In this document: positions 19,650 to 30,092 of the stretch, piece by piece
Layout of the letters: each line of letters starts with the position of its first letter
Position numbering within the stretch: the stretch's first letter is position 1
Origin: Lentisphaerota bacterium
Lineage (GTDB): Bacteria; Verrucomicrobiota; Kiritimatiellia; UBA8416; JAUUYL01
Direction of reading: 5' to 3'
NCBI GenBank assembly: GCA_030590485.1
Contig: JAUUYL010000004.1
Location: 7,878-71,877 of the forward strand
DNA length: 64,000 nucleotides
Program-made: the position numbers and the translations under genes
The notes under the pieces: model-generated
The model's database searches: none
What the model was told of the DNA's origin: nothing
Seen by the model: only the letters and a program-made list of their open reading frames with translations

Positions 19650-20855
19650 ATGAAACATTCTAAAAATGGGAATATGCTTATTGCGCAAAGTGGCGGCCCT
19701 TCGATGGTCATCAACCAGAGTCTGGTTGGCGCTATTCAAGAGGCAAAGAAACACAAAAACATCAAGAAGATATACGGCGCCATACACGGCATAGAAGGTG
19801 TTCTCAACGAGAATTTCATCAATCTTCGCAAAGAGACATACAAGACGCTCGAAGCAGTAGCGTCATCACCATCTTCCGCACTCGGAACAGTTAGAATGAA
19901 ACCTACGCCCGCTGATTGTCATAAGATCTTTGAGGTACTGCACAAGCATGGTATACGCTACTTCTTCTATATTGGCGGAAACGATACGGCCGAAACGGTT
20001 CATATTATTAACAACGAAGCTAACAATTCCGGTTATCCTATCCACTGCTTTCACATTCCCAAAACAATAGACAATGATCTCCGTTCAAACGATCACACGC
20101 CAGGCTTCGGCAGTGCGGCTAAATTTGTAGCTTGCGCTCTGATGGGCATAAATCTGGACAACCGGGCTCTCCCAGGTGTTCACATCTCAGTGATCATGGG
20201 ACGTCACGCCGGGTTCCTTACTGCTGCATCGGCCCTTGCAAGGGTATACCCTGATGACGGCCCGCATCTCATTTATCTCCCTGAAAAGCCTTTCACAATC
20301 ACGCAGTTCGTGAAAGACGTCAAGGCTGTTTACAAGAAGTACGGACGTTGCCTTATAGCGGTATCCGAAGGCATTGCCGACAGAAACGGCGTGGCTATTG
20401 CTGCTAAATTCTCAAAAGAAGTCGATTCACACGGTAATGTTCAGCTTAGCGGGACAGGCGCACTTGGCGACCTCCTGGCAAAGGAAATAAAAGCCAGAAC
20501 AAGTATTTCCAGGGTTAGAGCCGACACATTTGGATACCTGCAACGGTCGTTTCCTGCAATGATCTCCGACGTTGATGCAAAAGAAGCACGTATCGCCGGC
20601 ACCAAAGCCGTGCAGGCTGCCTGCAAGGGTAGCAGCAGTGGTTCTATTGCGATCAAAAGAGCACCAGGTAAGACATACAAGGCGTATTACGAACGTGTTG
20701 ACCTGAAAGATGTCGCAAGGCATTCAAAGGAAATGCCAAGTAAATTCATCAACAAGGCTGGCAACGATGTCACAAAAGCGTTCATCGAATACGCAAAGCC
20801 GCTTGTTGGAAAACTCCCTGCTCCAGGCCGCTTCAAAGAAATTAAAATGAAGTAA
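19650..20855 (+). CDS. pfp: 6-phosphofructokinase, likely PPi-dependent
   Basis: AQSGGP, GGND (Asp at the PPi-specificity position), PKTIDND, MGRHAG. Confidence 0.85.
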   Translation: MKHSKNGNMLIAQSGGPSMVINQSLVGAIQEAKKHKNIKKIYGAIHGIEGVLNENFINLRKETYKTLEAVASSPSSALGTVRMKPTPADCHKIFEVLHKHGIRYFFYIGGNDTAETVHIINNEANNSGYPIHCFHIPKTIDNDLRSNDHTPGFGSAAKFVACALMGINLDNRALPGVHISVIMGRHAGFLTAASALARVYPDDGPHLIYLPEKPFTITQFVKDVKAVYKKYGRCLIAVSEGIADRNGVAIAAKFSKEVDSHGNVQLSGTGALGDLLAKEIKARTSISRVRADTFGYLQRSFPAMISDVDAKEARIAGTKAVQAACKGSSSGSIAIKRAPGKTYKAYYERVDLKDVARHSKEMPSKFINKAGNDVTKAFIEYAKPLVGKLPAPGRFKEIKMK

Positions 20856-21156
20856 TAAGAGTGGACGGCGGACGGCTTGCCACGGCGGAGTGCTTGCATC
20901 CCGAACTCCTTTCGGTGTTCCAGGAAGAAGCCGGGTGGACTGTAAGGCTTCTATCACGCCTGTGGCGTGACAAGTCTTAATCCCTGGAGGGCGAGCCGCT
21001 AAGCCTATAAGTCTTAACCAGAGGGCAGGCGGGAATCAGCCTGCGGCTGATCAATATCGAATACTGAATATCGAATGTCGAATGTCGAAGGATCGAGGTA
21101 GCTCAAGCAGTGAGCATAAATCTCCCATTCATCACTCACTAATCATTACTCATCAT

Positions 21157-22860
21157 TTAACTCTCCCAGCTCACAACGGGAACAGACGAGTACTGCGACC
21201 TCATTTCGAGAACTTTTGCTCTGGTTTCCAAAATGATGTTCTCGTCATCCATGTTAGACAGCAGATTGTCTATCATAGAGACAATGATTTCCATTTGCGG
21301 CTCTTTCATGCCAATACTGGTAATGGTTGGCGTGCCTATTCTGATTCCTGAGGTAACAAAAGGACTCTGTTCATCAAAAGGAATGGAGTTCTTGTTGACG
21401 ATCATACCTGCTCTATCAAGAACCAATGCCGCATCTTTACCCGTCAGTCCCATGGGCGATAAATCCAACAACATCAAATGATTATCTGTACCGCCAGATA
21501 CAATCGTATATCCAGCTGCTTTAAAACACTCCTCCATGCGGGCGGCATTCTTCACAACCTGCTCACCGTATTCCTTGAAATACGGCTGAAGTGCTTCCTT
21601 AAAACATACAGCCTTAGCCGCTATTTCATTCATCAACGGGCCACCTTGAATGCCAGGAAAGATTTGCTTGTCGATATCATTCGCAAACTCATCGCGGCAT
21701 AATATCAATCCGCCACGCGGTCCTCTCAACGTTTTATGCGTGGTTGTCGTTACAAACTCAGCAAATGGAACCGGACTGGGGTGACATCCAGCAGCAACCA
21801 ATCCGGCGATATGAGCCATATCCACCATAAGGTATGCCCCTACTGAATCGGCAATCTCACGAAACTTATCAAACTCCAAGGTTCTGGAATATGCACTGGC
21901 ACCTGCCACAATCATTCCGGGCTTTGTCTCTTCGGCAATTCTGGCGACATTGTCATAATCAATGCATCCGGTTTCTTTCTCAACGCCATAGGAAACAAAA
22001 TCGAATAACCTTCCGGAAAAATTAATGTCATGCCCATGCGTCAAATGACCTCCATGCGCAAGATCCATGGCAAGAACGGTATCCCCAGGCTCTAATGCCG
22101 CGAAATATACCGCCATATTTGCAGAACTGCCGCAATGCGGTTGAACATTCGCATGATCTGCTCCGAAAAGTTGTTTTGCCCGCTCTATCGCGAGACTCTC
22201 CGCGTCATCAATGTATTTACAGCCATTGTACCATCTCTTGCCGGGATAACCTTCTGCGTACTTGTTCGTCAGCACAGAACCTTGCGCCTCAGCCACAGCT
22301 CGGCTCACGACATTCTCTGACGCAATCATGTTAATAGTCGTGTTCTGACGGTGTACTTCCTCGCCAATAGCCAAGCAAACCTCAGTATCCGATTTCTGAA
22401 GCATCGTCAAATCGCGAAAGTTCAATCCTTCGGTATCCATTTTGGAAACTCGTCTTGCGTGACGCTCTTCATCAGAAAAGGAACAACTCAGCCACGCATC
22501 AAGAATTTCCCCGACCTCATCGACTGGAATATATTTGGATGCAAGAACCAGGACATTGGCGTTATTATGCTCGCGAGCATAGAACACCATATCAGCATTC
22601 ATGCAAAGCGCAGCTCGCACACCCGGGAACCTGTTTGCCGCCATACTCATTCCTATTCCGGTTGTACATACAAGCACACCTTCAATATCCGGATTCACAG
22701 AAACCTTCTGAGCAACTTCGACGGCATAATCAGTATAATCGACAGAATTCAAACCGTGACACCCGAAATCCTTCAGATCCATATCACGGGCAACGAGAAG
22801 CTCCTTTACTCGCTCCTTCAGTTCAAAACCACCATGGTCTGCGCCCAACAATACTTTCAT
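21157..22860 (-). CDS. rpiB-glyA: Ribose-5-phosphate isomerase B fused to serine hydroxymethyltransferase
   Basis: N-terminal GADHGG, CTTGIG, HNNANVL, RHARR; C-terminal [32 protein letters not shown] in one ORF. Confidence 0.93.
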   Translation of the reverse strand: MKVLLGADHGGFELKERVKELLVARDMDLKDFGCHGLNSVDYTDYAVEVAQKVSVNPDIEGVLVCTTGIGMSMAANRFPGVRAALCMNADMVFYAREHNNANVLVLASKYIPVDEVGEILDAWLSCSFSDEERHARRVSKMDTEGLNFRDLTMLQKSDTEVCLAIGEEVHRQNTTINMIASENVVSRAVAEAQGSVLTNKYAEGYPGKRWYNGCKYIDDAESLAIERAKQLFGADHANVQPHCGSSANMAVYFAALEPGDTVLAMDLAHGGHLTHGHDINFSGRLFDFVSYGVEKETGCIDYDNVARIAEETKPGMIVAGASAYSRTLEFDKFREIADSVGAYLMVDMAHIAGLVAAGCHPSPVPFAEFVTTTTHKTLRGPRGGLILCRDEFANDIDKQIFPGIQGGPLMNEIAAKAVCFKEALQPYFKEYGEQVVKNAARMEECFKAAGYTIVSGGTDNHLMLLDLSPMGLTGKDAALVLDRAGMIVNKNSIPFDEQSPFVTSGIRIGTPTITSIGMKEPQMEIIVSMIDNLLSNMDDENIILETRAKVLEMRSQYSSVPVVSWES

Positions 22861-22878
22861 TATACTCTTCCCTTTATA

Positions 22879-23340
22879 TCAACCTAGTTCTCTTAAAAAA
22901 GCAATAAGGCCGGGCATTGCTTTCAAAATATCATCTCTCACAGTGCGATAAACATCTATCGTCGCACCTATTGGATCAGCAATGTCTCTATTCACAGCAT
23001 TTTCATCAAATGATGTAAGAAGAAACACCTTCTCTCTTGCTTCCGGAAACAAATGCTCGATCTGCTCCGCGTGACCACCCGTCATTACCACGAGTACAGA
23101 AGCCAAGTCAATCAGATCTGAACTCAAAGGCATGCTTCTATGCTTATGCATGTCGACACCCTCCTCCTCCATTACCTGGACAGCATGCACACTGGCAGGC
23201 GCACCCATTCCTGACATGACACCGGCAGAAGACACCGTCCACCCGCTATCTTCACCCATATGATCCCTGAGCATATACTCAGCTATAGGGCTCCTGCATA
23301 TATTGCCAGTACAAACAAAAACAACATGTCGATTATCCAT
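22879..23340 (-). CDS. Low-molecular-weight protein phosphatase (YwlE/PtpA family)
   Basis: CTGNICRS P-loop, DIADP. Confidence 0.9.
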   Translation of the reverse strand: MDNRHVVFVCTGNICRSPIAEYMLRDHMGEDSGWTVSSAGVMSGMGAPASVHAVQVMEEEGVDMHKHRSMPLSSDLIDLASVLVVMTGGHAEQIEHLFPEAREKVFLLTSFDENAVNRDIADPIGATIDVYRTVRDDILKAMPGLIAFLRELG

Positions 23341-23968
23341 TTAAAACACTCTCCAACTCGGCCCTACTCAGAACGCCATCTCTGAGGATATTTAACTTCC
23401 AGGCTTCTTCATCTCCTTCAATCGCAACAACCGTGCTTGGTGTGGCGCCCGGCGTTCTACCAGCGTCCACAACAGCATCTACACCATCTCCGAGACTTTC
23501 CACGGCATCTTCAGCTGTCAATGCCGGTAGTTCTCCGCTGAGGTTGGCACTGGTGACACGAAGCGTACCCCCCGCAGCTCTAATCAACTCTACTGCAACA
23601 GGATGGTCAGGGACCCTGAACCCCTCTGTCCGCTCCTCTACCTTAAGAATAATCGTCAGAGGCCCCGGCCAGAATCTATCTGCAAGCCTTTTCTCAAGCG
23701 GGCCTATCTTCGCCCCATACTCCTGCACCGCGCCCACATCTGCAGCGAGCAATGGTAATGGCTTACTTCTATCCCTACCCTTTATCTGATATATCCGCGC
23801 CTCTGCTTCTGATATATCTGAACGCGCTGCGACACCGTATACGGTATCGGTCGGAATAATGACTATACCGCCATCATGAAGCACTCTAACGGCATTTTCT
23901 ATACTGATCACAGTCTTATCAACTACCCTCTCAGGCAAGATCCTTCTGAACTCTTGCATCACCAGCAT
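23333..23968 (-). CDS. tsaC: L-threonylcarbamoyladenylate synthase (Sua5/YrdC)
   Basis: PTDTVYG, KGR...KPL, FWPGPLT, TSANLSG, PSTVV. Confidence 0.9.
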   Translation of the reverse strand: MLVMQEFRRILPERVVDKTVISIENAVRVLHDGGIVIIPTDTVYGVAARSDISEAEARIYQIKGRDRSKPLPLLAADVGAVQEYGAKIGPLEKRLADRFWPGPLTIILKVEERTEGFRVPDHPVAVELIRAAGGTLRVTSANLSGELPALTAEDAVESLGDGVDAVVDAGRTPGATPSTVVAIEGDEEAWKLNILRDGVLSRAELESVLNG

Positions 23969-24440
23969 ACACCTTCTTCTTCATACGACTCTTATGCTGG
24001 GCCAACTTCTTCTGGAGTCCCGGCTTCCCTAACGCCAGAATCTGCACTGCAAATAAAGCCGCGTTGACAGGCCCTGCGCTTCCTAAAGTGACGGTGGCAA
24101 CCGGTATTCCCGAAGGCATCTGCAAGGTCGCCAAAAGAGAGTCCAGACCATTGAGAGCGCCGCCCTTGATCGGGATACCTATCACCGGCAGACTTGTGTG
24201 CCCGGCAAGAACTCCACCCAAATGCGCAGCTCCACCCGCCGCCGCTATAATTACCTTAATTCCGCGTCTCGCAGCACTCTTTGCATAAGTCGAAGCCACC
24301 TCAGGCGTGCGATGCGCCGAAATCACTCTCACTTCATACGAGACATTAAATTGCGCCAGAGTCTCTGTCGCAGGTTTTACAATACTCCAATCTGAATCGC
24401 TACCCATTACAATTGCCACTTCTGGTTTCTTCATAAACAT
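23931..24440 (-). CDS. purE: N5-CAIR mutase
   Basis: MGSDSD, SAHRTP, AGGAAHLGG, QMPSGIPVATV. Confidence 0.95.
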   Translation of the reverse strand: MFMKKPEVAIVMGSDSDWSIVKPATETLAQFNVSYEVRVISAHRTPEVASTYAKSAARRGIKVIIAAAGGAAHLGGVLAGHTSLPVIGIPIKGGALNGLDSLLATLQMPSGIPVATVTLGSAGPVNAALFAVQILALGKPGLQKKLAQHKSRMKKKVYAGDARVQKDLA

Positions 24441-24451
24441 TCCTTTTTGAC

Positions 24452-25726
24452 TTAAAGTCGTTTAAGAGCCTTGGCTCCAATATCCGTCCTATACTGTGCC
24501 TGATCAAATCTTATCTTAGTGATTGCGAGATATGCGCGCTTAATAGCAGCGGGAAGTTCATCTCCCAACGCAGTGACTCCTAGAACACGTCCTCCGGCGG
24601 TCGCAAGATCACAACCGACAAGCTTCGTTCCGGCGTGAAACACTATAACATTCTCCTGATCTTTCACCTTATCCAGACCTTCGATGACCTTCCCGTTCTC
24701 GTATGAGCCAGGATACCCTCCCGAGGCCATCACAACACACACGCAAGCTTCATCCTTCCATTTAATCATACTCTCGCTCAAGCATCCGTCAATACAAGCC
24801 TCCATAGCCGGAATAATATCGCCCTCTATCCTGGGGATAATCGCCTGCGTCTCCGGATCACCGAATCTGCAATTAAACTCCAGTACTTTCAAGCCTGAGT
24901 CGGTCAGCATAAGCCCCGCATACAGCACACCCTTATAAACGATTCCCCGCTTTTTGAGTTCCGTCAGCATCCGCTCAAACACTTGCTCCTTTATGATCGG
25001 CCACAAATCATCGGTCACGACAGGAGCAGGAGAATAGGCACCCATTCCGCCCGTGTTAGGACCTTCATCATTATTATACACCCTCTTATGGTCCTGTGAC
25101 GATGCAAGCATCACCACATTCTCCCCGTCGACCAAAGCAAGTATCGAGGCTTCCTCGCCCACAAGACATTCTTCGACAATAAGCAATTCGCCTGACTCGC
25201 CAAACGACTTATCCACCATTACCGTATTAACAGCCTGCACCGCTTCTTCGGTATCAGCACATACAAAGACCCCCTTGCCCGCAGCGAGCCCGTCAGCTTT
25301 TACGACCAGAGCACCTGGTTGCTGTTGAATGTATTTTATTGCCTCATCAGCATCACTGAAACTTTCGGAGTAGGCGGTAGGAACTCCTGCGGCGGACATA
25401 ACCTCTTTTGCAAAATTCTTACTACCCTCAAGACGTGCGCCATCTTTTGAAGGCCCAAAAACCCTCAATCCTTCTTTCTGGAAGACATCGGTCAGGCCTG
25501 CGCACAAAGGCACTTCGGGGCCAACAACGGTCAAATCAGGTCTGTTCTCAACTGCCCAGGCAAGGAGTCCAGTAACATCTTCCCCTCCAATATCAATATT
25601 GGTCGCGACGTCAGCCGTCCCCGCGTTCCCCGGAGCACAAAACACCTTTGGCCTGCAACTGTCACTAACCAATTTCCATGCCAACGTGTGTTCCCGGCCT
25701 CCACTTCCTATTACAAGTATTTTCAT
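24452..25726 (-). CDS. purD: Phosphoribosylamine-glycine ligase
   Basis: MKILVIGSGGREH, KADGLAAGKGV, GPNTGGMG, EFNCRFGDPE. Confidence 0.95.
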   Translation of the reverse strand: MKILVIGSGGREHTLAWKLVSDSCRPKVFCAPGNAGTADVATNIDIGGEDVTGLLAWAVENRPDLTVVGPEVPLCAGLTDVFQKEGLRVFGPSKDGARLEGSKNFAKEVMSAAGVPTAYSESFSDADEAIKYIQQQPGALVVKADGLAAGKGVFVCADTEEAVQAVNTVMVDKSFGESGELLIVEECLVGEEASILALVDGENVVMLASSQDHKRVYNNDEGPNTGGMGAYSPAPVVTDDLWPIIKEQVFERMLTELKKRGIVYKGVLYAGLMLTDSGLKVLEFNCRFGDPETQAIIPRIEGDIIPAMEACIDGCLSESMIKWKDEACVCVVMASGGYPGSYENGKVIEGLDKVKDQENVIVFHAGTKLVGCDLATAGGRVLGVTALGDELPAAIKRAYLAITKIRFDQAQYRTDIGAKALKRL

Positions 25727-25734
25727 AACATCTG

Positions 25735-25762
25735 AGAATATCGAATTCACCGTATTAGTCAA
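25735..25762 (-). promoter_or_regulatory. Putative promoter immediately upstream of purD
   Basis: TTGACT-16 nt-TATTCT, 8 nt before the ATG. Confidence 0.5.
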
Positions 25763-25972
25763 TAACGCACTTAATACACAATAAGATAAATCGGGCATAC
25801 CCTGATATATGTATTCTAAAGACCCTAGTCGCCCCCAACCGTAATCAGCCCCACTCAGTCCCTTCCGCATCTGAATCATCAGTTCTTTATAACGAAGCCG
25901 GACTATTCACGTGCATCGTCCTCCGTCATGTCACGGCGTATCCGTCAGCTGATGGCGAGAACGGAGCATTCA

Positions 25973-27517
25973 TCACGTCCCATCTTCTCTCTCTATGATT
26001 CGCATTGCCGCCTTAATGCCATCAGCAGCACTGGAGACAATGCCTCCGGCATGACCACTTCCCTCGCCCACGACAAACAGATTCTCGAAGCCAGAGCAAA
26101 CACCGCTTTTTTCACGTACGATTTGTATGGGTGCTGATGTCTTACTTTCCAATCCAAGGAGATTACCTTTGCTGTATCCCTTGATCTTTCTGTCGAAATC
26201 CATCAATCCAGCACGCAAAGATGCCACAATATTCGCAGGTAACATCGCCCACAAAGGTGCAGGCTTCAATCCCAACGGGTAAGAAGTATCCGCTGTATCA
26301 TCCGGCATTTTCCCTTTAATAAAATCATCGATACTGCAGAAAGGAGCTGCATAGCCTTGGGAGTAATCATAGAAAGACACTTCAAGACTCTCAATCCAGT
26401 CCAGGGCCTCAAGCGGCGTAAGAACTTTCCCGGCGAGCTGGTCAGGATGTACCCCGACAACACAGGCGGCATTGGCAAACTGTCCGCCTCGTTGATAACA
26501 ACTCATTCCATTCACAATGTTTGTGTGTTCAGAGGTTGCAGCAGGTACTATAGAACCCCCGGGACACATGCAGAATGAATAAACGGAGTGATTCCCATCG
26601 GCATTGGAGGTCAGACGATACTCCGCGGCTTTCACCCCGGGCAAACGTTTAACGCCCCATTGTGCTTCGTTGATAGCTTCCTGCCTGTGCTCGGCCCTAC
26701 ATCCCATCGCAAAATTCTTTGTTCTGAATCCCACCCCTCGATTAATCAACATGCGATACGTTTCATACGCTGAGTGACCGGTTGCCAAGACAAAATGGTC
26801 AGCATGAATCGCATCGGCATCAGTAATGGCAATCTTTACCTTATCGCCCTCGATCTCAAGATCTTTCAGTTGGGTTTCAAAACGAATAGTTCCTCCCAAT
26901 TTCTGATATTGATCACGGAGATTTCTTACAATTTGTTTCAGATTATCGCTGCCCACATGAGGATGGGTCATATAGCGGATTTCCTCAGGAGCACCAGCAT
27001 CCACGTAACTATCCAGAAAGAATGCCCTTTCCAGCGCGATTCGCTTAGAGCGCGATGTTAATTTCCCATCCGAAAAAGTACCAGCTCCGCCCTCTCCAAA
27101 AGAATAATTGGCAATCGCGCTGAATTCCGATGTTGTTTCAAAATGCTTTATTCCCTTGTCGCGCTTGGCTACCTCGGCTCCCCTTTCGAGCATTATCGTT
27201 TCAAATCCGGCCTTTCGTAAAACAAAGGCAGCAAAGAATCCTGCAGGCCCGCTTCCAACAATAACAACCTTCTTATTCCTTTTCCTGTAAGGAATCTTCA
27301 GTGTTTCCTTCTTCGGGTCGTCGGTACTTCTTATTTCGGGAGAATGGACTCCAATACGCATTACCCAGTGGATATTATTTTTCTTGCGCGCATCCAGACT
27401 TTTGGTTTCGATGGAGTAAGAAAACTCTTTTATGCGAAGTTTCTTACCAATTGAAGATTCAAGCAATGCTTCCAAATAGTCGGTTGGTAGTTTTAGCTCA
27501 ATTAATTTATATCCCAT
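25973..27517 (-). CDS. FAD-dependent oxidoreductase (uncharacterised FAD-dependent dehydrogenase family)
   Basis: SLDARKK, GSGPAG, FGEGGAGTFSDGKL, SFCMCPGG, GEGSGHAGGI. Confidence 0.85.
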   Translation of the reverse strand: MGYKLIELKLPTDYLEALLESSIGKKLRIKEFSYSIETKSLDARKKNNIHWVMRIGVHSPEIRSTDDPKKETLKIPYRKRNKKVVIVGSGPAGFFAAFVLRKAGFETIMLERGAEVAKRDKGIKHFETTSEFSAIANYSFGEGGAGTFSDGKLTSRSKRIALERAFFLDSYVDAGAPEEIRYMTHPHVGSDNLKQIVRNLRDQYQKLGGTIRFETQLKDLEIEGDKVKIAITDADAIHADHFVLATGHSAYETYRMLINRGVGFRTKNFAMGCRAEHRQEAINEAQWGVKRLPGVKAAEYRLTSNADGNHSVYSFCMCPGGSIVPAATSEHTNIVNGMSCYQRGGQFANAACVVGVHPDQLAGKVLTPLEALDWIESLEVSFYDYSQGYAAPFCSIDDFIKGKMPDDTADTSYPLGLKPAPLWAMLPANIVASLRAGLMDFDRKIKGYSKGNLLGLESKTSAPIQIVREKSGVCSGFENLFVVGEGSGHAGGIVSSAADGIKAAMRIIEREDGT

Positions 27518-27523
27518 GGTTAG

Positions 27524-27552
27524 AGTATAAGAGCTTGGAGGTTCATGGACAA
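27524..27552 (-). promoter_or_regulatory. Putative leaderless promoter
   Basis: TTGTCC-17 nt-TATACT-6 nt-ATG(27517), no SD. Confidence 0.6.
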
Positions 27553-27590
27553 GCCGTAATAGTCCAGAGGCAACGACGCTAGCCTGCTCG

Positions 27591-28370
27591 TTACAAGGTC
27601 GAGTTTCTGGAAGGCTTAAGGATGATATTAGTGATCTTGTTGGCAGTGTTCTTGTACTGACCGTCTGCCTTGAGCTTTTTCCAACCGTCTGAATCAACAA
27701 ATTTCCTCCATGCCTTCTTTTTCTCTTCCGGCGTCTCAAAAGAAAGCATGTATGTCAGATTGGGCAACTTGTCACCGCTGACGGCATGACCGAAGAAAAC
27801 CGGAGGCATACCTGCGTCGCGAAAGAGTTGTATCTCGCCCCCATCATCAAACATCGAGATCTTCTTGGCGTTTCTTTCGATCGTGTAACTGTTGTAGATG
27901 CGAATCTGCACGATCCTGTCGGGCGACTTTGCAACTTGCACGACTTCCGGGCTTTTGTCAAACGTCTGCAGCAGCGAGCTTTTGCATGTGTCGTAAAGCG
28001 GATTCTTCATAGACGCATTGAACAGAGCCTTCACTTTCTTAATATACGTCTTATCACCCAGCAGTTTGTTCTCAGATGCTGCATAACTTTCCAGATCCTT
28101 ATAGACCGCTACAGTAAAAAGCTGCTTATCATAGATCTCCATGCCCTTATTCTGCCCGGAACTTGCCGAATAAACACCGAGTTTGGATACACCCTGACGC
28201 TGTAGAGCCGGAATTAGAGCCCCGTCAAACATCTCCATCAATGCATCACGCTTCTCTTGCGATGAACATGTAAACGTGCGCAACTCCACAAACGAGCGGG
28301 CTTGCGCAAATACTGATACTGCCGCCAAAAACACAAAAATGATCGAATGATGAACAAGATTCTTCTTCAT
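27591..28370 (-). CDS. Secreted NIPSNAP family protein (two domains)
   Basis: Signal peptide; ELRTF / QIRIY repeats; PNLTYML...AW..F...W motif. Confidence 0.8.
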   Translation of the reverse strand: MKKNLVHHSIIFVFLAAVSVFAQARSFVELRTFTCSSQEKRDALMEMFDGALIPALQRQGVSKLGVYSASSGQNKGMEIYDKQLFTVAVYKDLESYAASENKLLGDKTYIKKVKALFNASMKNPLYDTCKSSLLQTFDKSPEVVQVAKSPDRIVQIRIYNSYTIERNAKKISMFDDGGEIQLFRDAGMPPVFFGHAVSGDKLPNLTYMLSFETPEEKKKAWRKFVDSDGWKKLKADGQYKNTANKITNIILKPSRNSTL

Positions 28371-28539
28371 ACACATACTCCAGTTAACTGCAGAAATCCT
28401 ACACAAGAAACCCCACCGACTCAAGAGCCAATAGAAAGGGTGCAGGACAGGAAGAAACATGGGCCCTGACATGGCGAACGTTTCACTCGCGGTGGCTCGC
28501 TTATCGACTACAGTGGTGTTTTGACCCCTCGCAGGGTCA

Positions 28540-28715
28540 TCAGACCTTGATTATTAGCATTTAGCCGCCATCTTGCTCTTTAACTTGGTCATACATGCAT
28601 TTAGTTTGTTATCTTCATTCAGGCGTTTACGAATGTTTTTCCTTTGTCGCGAGACGACAGCATCTCAACTATCCTAAAGCCTGTCAATATCTAAATGCTA
28701 ATAATCAAGGTCTGA
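28540..28715. mobile_element. MITE-like element with perfect 25-bp terminal inverted repeats and a transposase-tail remnant
   Basis: TCAGACCTTGATTATTAGCATTTAG (28540-28564) and its exact reverse complement (28691-28715); 36-codon helical remnant on the minus strand. Confidence 0.75.
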
Positions 28716-28775
28716 CCCTGTAGGGGCCCATATTGGGACTATTCAGCTGTCACCAATACCAATATTCCTCAGGAA

Positions 28776-29936
28776 CTAGTCGCCAATCTCTTCAGCGTCT
28801 GTATACGGCTCACTGCGACGACCTGCAGCAGCAAGCATCTTGCCTACAACGAATCCCGTCGCAATCGCGATAAGAATAGTAACAATAATACCTTTTGCCT
28901 GGGATACCTTCGATATATCTTCAACAAGGAACAGGGCTGCAACACCACCGAGCAGTCCCGGCAAGCCGTGAAGATGTAAAACACCGCATGTGTCGGCTTT
29001 TTTGAGCAGGCCTTCGAGCTTTGGCTGTATCACTGCGAAACTAAATGTGGATAGTGCGCCAGCGAGAATACCAATGGTGAACGCAGCCACTGGACCAACC
29101 TTGTCACAGGTGGAACCAATTGCCACACCACCAGCCAAAGCTGCATTGGCAATATCTGCAATAGAGAATTTCTTGCGGAGTGTTACGGATGCAAAGTAAG
29201 TTGCAAGAGTCGAACCGCAAAGTGCCAGGATCACATTAACCGCAGTGGCAGGAACATCTGCAGGTGCTACAAGCGCGCCACAGAAACTCGGCCAGAAAAC
29301 CCAAAGAACCATACTACCAAGCAAGGAGAACCGGTCGCTGGTCTCGTCTGATTCAATCTCAGTCTCAAACTCTTTCTTTGTGGTCATCGTCATGATCACA
29401 CCAAGCCCAAACAAAGCACCAAACGCATGAATTACGATAGAACCGCCTGTATCAACAAAGTTACCTTTTGTGATCAAACCAAGTCCACCGTCCAGAACCA
29501 ACCATTCATTAAACGCGTAACATGGAACAAAAAGAAGCCCCAGCAAGATATACTGTATCATCTTGAGCCGGCCCAAAGCCGCCCCGGCGCATATCAACAA
29601 ACTCGCCGCCGCAAATTCAGCAAGGATAACTCGATCAATCGCCGCCTCAGCACCACCCAGTATATGCAGTGAAGCTTTAAGGAAGTATAATGGCAGAGCC
29701 ACGCTCACGAGGAGGTATGTTGCAGTAACAGCAGAACGTCCGTACTTCTTTACGAACACCATCAGGAAGCCAAAACCCACGAGCAACATCGCCATGATGT
29801 GAATCGCCCTGTTGTATTTCTGGACGTCCGCCAGTGCGGAGATATCATCTTCCATCGCGGCGTAAGCCGGCGTGCAAAAACTCATTACAACTACAAATGC
29901 TATTCCCAACATCCACATAAACCGACTTACTCGCAT
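28776..29936 (-). CDS. Ammonium transporter, Rh (Rhesus/Rh50)-type
   Basis: MLLVGFGFLM, DTGGSIVIHAFGALFG, LWVFWPSF, NAALAGGVAIG, DTCGVLHLHGLPG. Confidence 0.85.
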   Translation of the reverse strand: MRVSRFMWMLGIAFVVVMSFCTPAYAAMEDDISALADVQKYNRAIHIMAMLLVGFGFLMVFVKKYGRSAVTATYLLVSVALPLYFLKASLHILGGAEAAIDRVILAEFAAASLLICAGAALGRLKMIQYILLGLLFVPCYAFNEWLVLDGGLGLITKGNFVDTGGSIVIHAFGALFGLGVIMTMTTKKEFETEIESDETSDRFSLLGSMVLWVFWPSFCGALVAPADVPATAVNVILALCGSTLATYFASVTLRKKFSIADIANAALAGGVAIGSTCDKVGPVAAFTIGILAGALSTFSFAVIQPKLEGLLKKADTCGVLHLHGLPGLLGGVAALFLVEDISKVSQAKGIIVTILIAIATGFVVGKMLAAAGRRSEPYTDAEEIGD

Positions 29937-30092
29937 ACCTTCTGCCTTTCTTGGTTAATTATTTGCAAGGCATATTGCACAAACATTTGCGAGAGTACAA
30001 GCGTGAACGCGCAATGGGAACCTAAAGGAAAGAGATTTTCACCATCCGGCGTCCCCGCCTCAAGGGCCCGGAGGAAAGCTAAGGAGAGAAGA

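Noticed and set aside
25727..25970. ZTP or purine riboswitch upstream of purD, and the 475-aa extended PurD
   Set aside because: No recognisable aptamer consensus; the candidate promoter sits immediately before the MKILVIG start
27518..27739. N-terminal extension of the FAD oxidoreductase ORF
   Set aside because: Overlaps the NIPSNAP gene and spans a promoter
29963..29982. Sigma-54 promoter for the Rh gene
   Set aside because: TTGC is present but the -24 dinucleotide is GC, not GG
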